NCBI GenBank assembly: GCA_964604195.1
Contig: CAZRXW010000002.1
Span: forward strand, 1 to 59,131
Direction of reading: 5' to 3'
Length of the DNA: 59,131 bases
Source: an uncultured Bdellovibrionales bacterium
GTDB taxonomy: Bacteria > Patescibacteriota > Minisyncoccia > Moranbacterales > UBA1568
Positions within the stretch are counted from its first letter, which is position 1, and every line of letters starts with the position of its first letter. The notes below the pieces were generated by a model. It searched no databases. It was not told the origin of the DNA and worked only from the letters and a program-made list of their open reading frames with translations. Position numbers and translations under genes: made by a program. Below are positions 56,833 through 59,131 of the stretch, in pieces.

Positions 56833-58020
56833 ATGCGCTTTTTCGATATTCTCAAACTTTCTCTTCGTATGTTCAAGGCACGTACCATGCGTACGCTCCT
56901 CACTATTCTTGGCATATCCGTTGGTATCGCTGCTATTATGTTTCTCGTTTCTTTTGGCTATGGACTTCAGAGAACTCTTCTCCAGAAAATTACGACTTCC
57001 GACGCCCTCGTCTCACTCGATGTAACCAGTGGTAAAGATCAAGAGGTAAAACTCAACACTGAGACCATAGAGAAAATCCGTGCCATTGAAAACGTCATCG
57101 ATATCATTCCCGCTCTCGAACTCTCTGGGCAAGGAAAATTTGATAACCTCACCCTCGATGTTGCTACCGTTTCTACTGGACCAGCCTTTCTCAAAAGTGA
57201 AGGGCTCAAGATTCTCCACGGTCGCCTTTTTGATGCTGGCACTAGAAGAGAAGTAACTATTACCAAAGGAGTAGCTCAAGTATTCAACGTCACTCCAGAA
57301 AGCCTCATTGGTAAAACTGTTGCCCTCACTCTTTTTCAGGGCGAAGCCAGCGGTAAACGAGGAACAAGCTACAATCTTGGCGAAGCCTACACCATTGTTG
57401 GAGTTGCTGAGGGAGATGAGAATATCGTCTATATTCCTATAGAATCCCTCCAGGGAGTACCTATTGGAAGCTACACGAAACTCAAAGTAAAATGCCGATC
57501 TACCGACGTTATTGAGCCAGTAAGGCAGGCGATCGATACACTTGGACTAACCGCATCCTCCATTTCCGAAACAATCGACCAAGCCAATAAGGTCTTCCAG
57601 GCTATCCAGCTTATTCTCATGGTTTTTGGTATGATTGCCCTGATTGTTTCTGCTATTGGTATGTTTAACACCATGACCATTACTCTTCTCGAACGTACTG
57701 AGGAAATTGGGATCATGAAAGCTATTGGGGCTTCAAAAAAGGATATCTCACTCATGTTTGTAATGGAATCAACCCTTATGGGTTTTCTAGGAGCTCTGGG
57801 TGGTGTTATCATTGGTTTCTTAAATGGGGTGGTTATTAATATACTCATTAACGCTATCGCCACTCGTTTTGGTGGTGAAGCCGTCTCCCTCTTCTACTCA
57901 CCACTTTGGTTTATCATGACTGTCGTTGGTTTCGGTGCTTTTGTTGGCTTTATGACTGGAGTCTTTCCGGCGCGCAAAGCAAGTCGCATCGATGCCTTGG
58001 ATGCTCTCAGATACAAATAA
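56833..58020 (+). CDS. ABC transporter permease, FtsX/MacB family
   Basis: TM1, an extracytoplasmic domain, then 3 TM helices. It starts 3 nt after the ATPase gene. Confidence 0.85.
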   Translation: MRFFDILKLSLRMFKARTMRTLLTILGISVGIAAIMFLVSFGYGLQRTLLQKITTSDALVSLDVTSGKDQEVKLNTETIEKIRAIENVIDIIPALELSGQGKFDNLTLDVATVSTGPAFLKSEGLKILHGRLFDAGTRREVTITKGVAQVFNVTPESLIGKTVALTLFQGEASGKRGTSYNLGEAYTIVGVAEGDENIVYIPIESLQGVPIGSYTKLKVKCRSTDVIEPVRQAIDTLGLTASSISETIDQANKVFQAIQLILMVFGMIALIVSAIGMFNTMTITLLERTEEIGIMKAIGASKKDISLMFVMESTLMGFLGALGGVIIGFLNGVVINILINAIATRFGGEAVSLFYSPLWFIMTVVGFGAFVGFMTGVFPARKASRIDALDALRYK

Positions 58021-58032
58021 CCTCCTCAACAG

Positions 58033-58057
58033 AAAAAGCGGCCTCAGGCCGCTTTTT
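58033..58057. terminator. Bidirectional intrinsic terminator between convergent genes
   Basis: aaaaa-gcggcc-tca-ggccgc-ttttt. Confidence 0.75.
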
Positions 58058-58083
58058 CATAATGAACGAAAGTAACCTCCGCT

Positions 58084-58548
58084 TTATGACTTCGATACCA
58101 GACCAAAAAGATTTGACCACTGCTCTGGCTTGAGAGTTACCAAAAGCACTCCAAACGTAATAAAAAGAACGCCCCAAAACTTTGCCCACGTAAACTCTTC
58201 GCCGAGAAAGAATACCGCCAGTACCAACAAAAAAACAAGGGAAAGTCGATCAATGGCATTTACAGCCGTTGCATCACCACCCGCTTTGAGCGCCATAAAG
58301 CCCCAAAGCCAAGAGAGACCGCCAAATATCCCAGTGAGAACAATAAAAAGAATAGTTTTAGGAGAAGTCTCCATCACTCCTTGAAACTTACCAAGAAGCA
58401 GCGCCGTTCCACCCATAAAAACAGCAATGGAGAGGCCACGAATGGTAGTGGCTACGGTTGCATCAATACCAACAATACCAATTTTTGAGAGTACCCCAAC
58501 AACTGCAGCTGCAAGAGCCGCTAAAAATGCATATACTACCCAAGACAT
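58084..58548 (-). CDS. EamA-like (DMT superfamily) small transporter
   Basis: 154 aa with five hydrophobic helices, like a single EamA repeat. Confidence 0.65.
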   Translation of the reverse strand: MSWVVYAFLAALAAAVVGVLSKIGIVGIDATVATTIRGLSIAVFMGGTALLLGKFQGVMETSPKTILFIVLTGIFGGLSWLWGFMALKAGGDATAVNAIDRLSLVFLLVLAVFFLGEEFTWAKFWGVLFITFGVLLVTLKPEQWSNLFGLVSKS

Positions 58549-58603
58549 AAAATAATCAATAAATTAGTTTCAACCCCCACCTCATAATCAAGATTACCAA
58601 ATA

Positions 58604-58990
58604 TCATAAGTGGTGTTCATGTTCATCTCGGTCAGCTTCTTCTTTGGTCTCATGATTAGTTCCTGCAAGATGTTCACTCGGAGCATAGACAGTGAAGAGT
58701 TTGAGCGGGATAGCTCCGGTATTTTTGAAATTATGCCTCGTTCCTGCTGGAACGAAAAAGAGATCTCCTTCATCAAAAGATTCTGTGACTCCATCAATAA
58801 TCGCTTCCCCCTGTCCGGTAACAAATACCAGTGTCTGATCAACGCCATGTATTTCCTCGCCAATCTCTTCTCCGGGTAAAATCGACATGAGCATCACTTG
58901 TGAATGAGTCCCTGTCACCACCTCACGGCGAAACCAGTCATTCTGCCGAGTAAGCTCCAAAATATCTTTATGCAGTAATGTTTTTTCCAT
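58604..58990 (-). CDS. Cupin-domain protein
   Basis: Cupin motifs G..IGEEIH.VDQ and GDLFFVPAGTRHNFKN. Confidence 0.8.
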   Translation of the reverse strand: MEKTLLHKDILELTRQNDWFRREVVTGTHSQVMLMSILPGEEIGEEIHGVDQTLVFVTGQGEAIIDGVTESFDEGDLFFVPAGTRHNFKNTGAIPLKLFTVYAPSEHLAGTNHETKEEADRDEHEHHL

Positions 58991-59079
58991 ATGTTTCCTT
59001 GATAAAGAATTACCTCCACCTGAAGAATACCCTATTTTTAGTAGGGCAAATAGCCCAAATCATCACCATTCCTACCTCC

Positions 59080-59131
59080 CTGAAGAAGATGAGATACATA
59101 GGTAACACTCTGAAAGGAGCGGATTTGAAGA
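59080..59131. repeat. Right arm of the 52-bp terminal inverted repeat
   Basis: Exact reverse complement of 1-52. It contains the same ORF start (ATG 59089, plus strand) running off the edge. Confidence 0.9.

Overview
This 59.1-kb window looks like chromosome from a small-genome, uncultivated bacterium, possibly CPR/Patescibacteria-like (inference only). It uses the standard code: many well-formed genes end in TGA. Most genes lie on the minus strand and are housekeeping: ftsK, a complete F1Fo ATP synthase operon (atpBEFHAGDC), tatD, metG, rsmI, an M16 peptidase, glyQS, tgt, recO, ileS, argS, trhO, and on the plus strand smpB-ssrA-infC-rpmI-rplT. There are also two MacB/FtsX-type ABC systems and an envelope thiol-redox cluster. 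By eye I found no rRNA, tRNA or CRISPR array.

Main findings:
1. A diversity-generating retroelement (DGR) signature sits at the left edge. A 126-bp template repeat (121-246) matches a variable repeat (588-713) at the 3' end of a 663-aa gene. 25 of the 27 mismatches fall on template adenines. A GC hairpin lies just 3' of the variable repeat. The reverse transcriptase is not in the window.
2. The two window ends are a perfect 52-bp inverted repeat.
3. nrdD is interrupted. Its glycyl-radical domain is a separate out-of-frame ORF coupled to nrdG, and the gap holds a 141-bp imperfect palindrome. This could be an intron, a MITE or a true split gene.
4. An oxygen/nitrogen-oxide-related island groups a PAS-sigma70 fusion, an alternative-oxidase-family protein, nrdD/nrdG and a copper nitrite reductase. 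The nitrite reductase N-terminal membrane segment is cut off by an in-frame TGA.
5. A translationally coupled Fic-NYN cassette lies upstream of ileS, and its NYN gene starts with a 21-bp exact copy of the ileS start.
6. A promoter-to-terminator candidate sRNA lies antisense inside a 310-bp gap in the atp operon.

Start codons come mostly from the ORF track. Several are probably over-extended, and likely alternatives are noted per feature.
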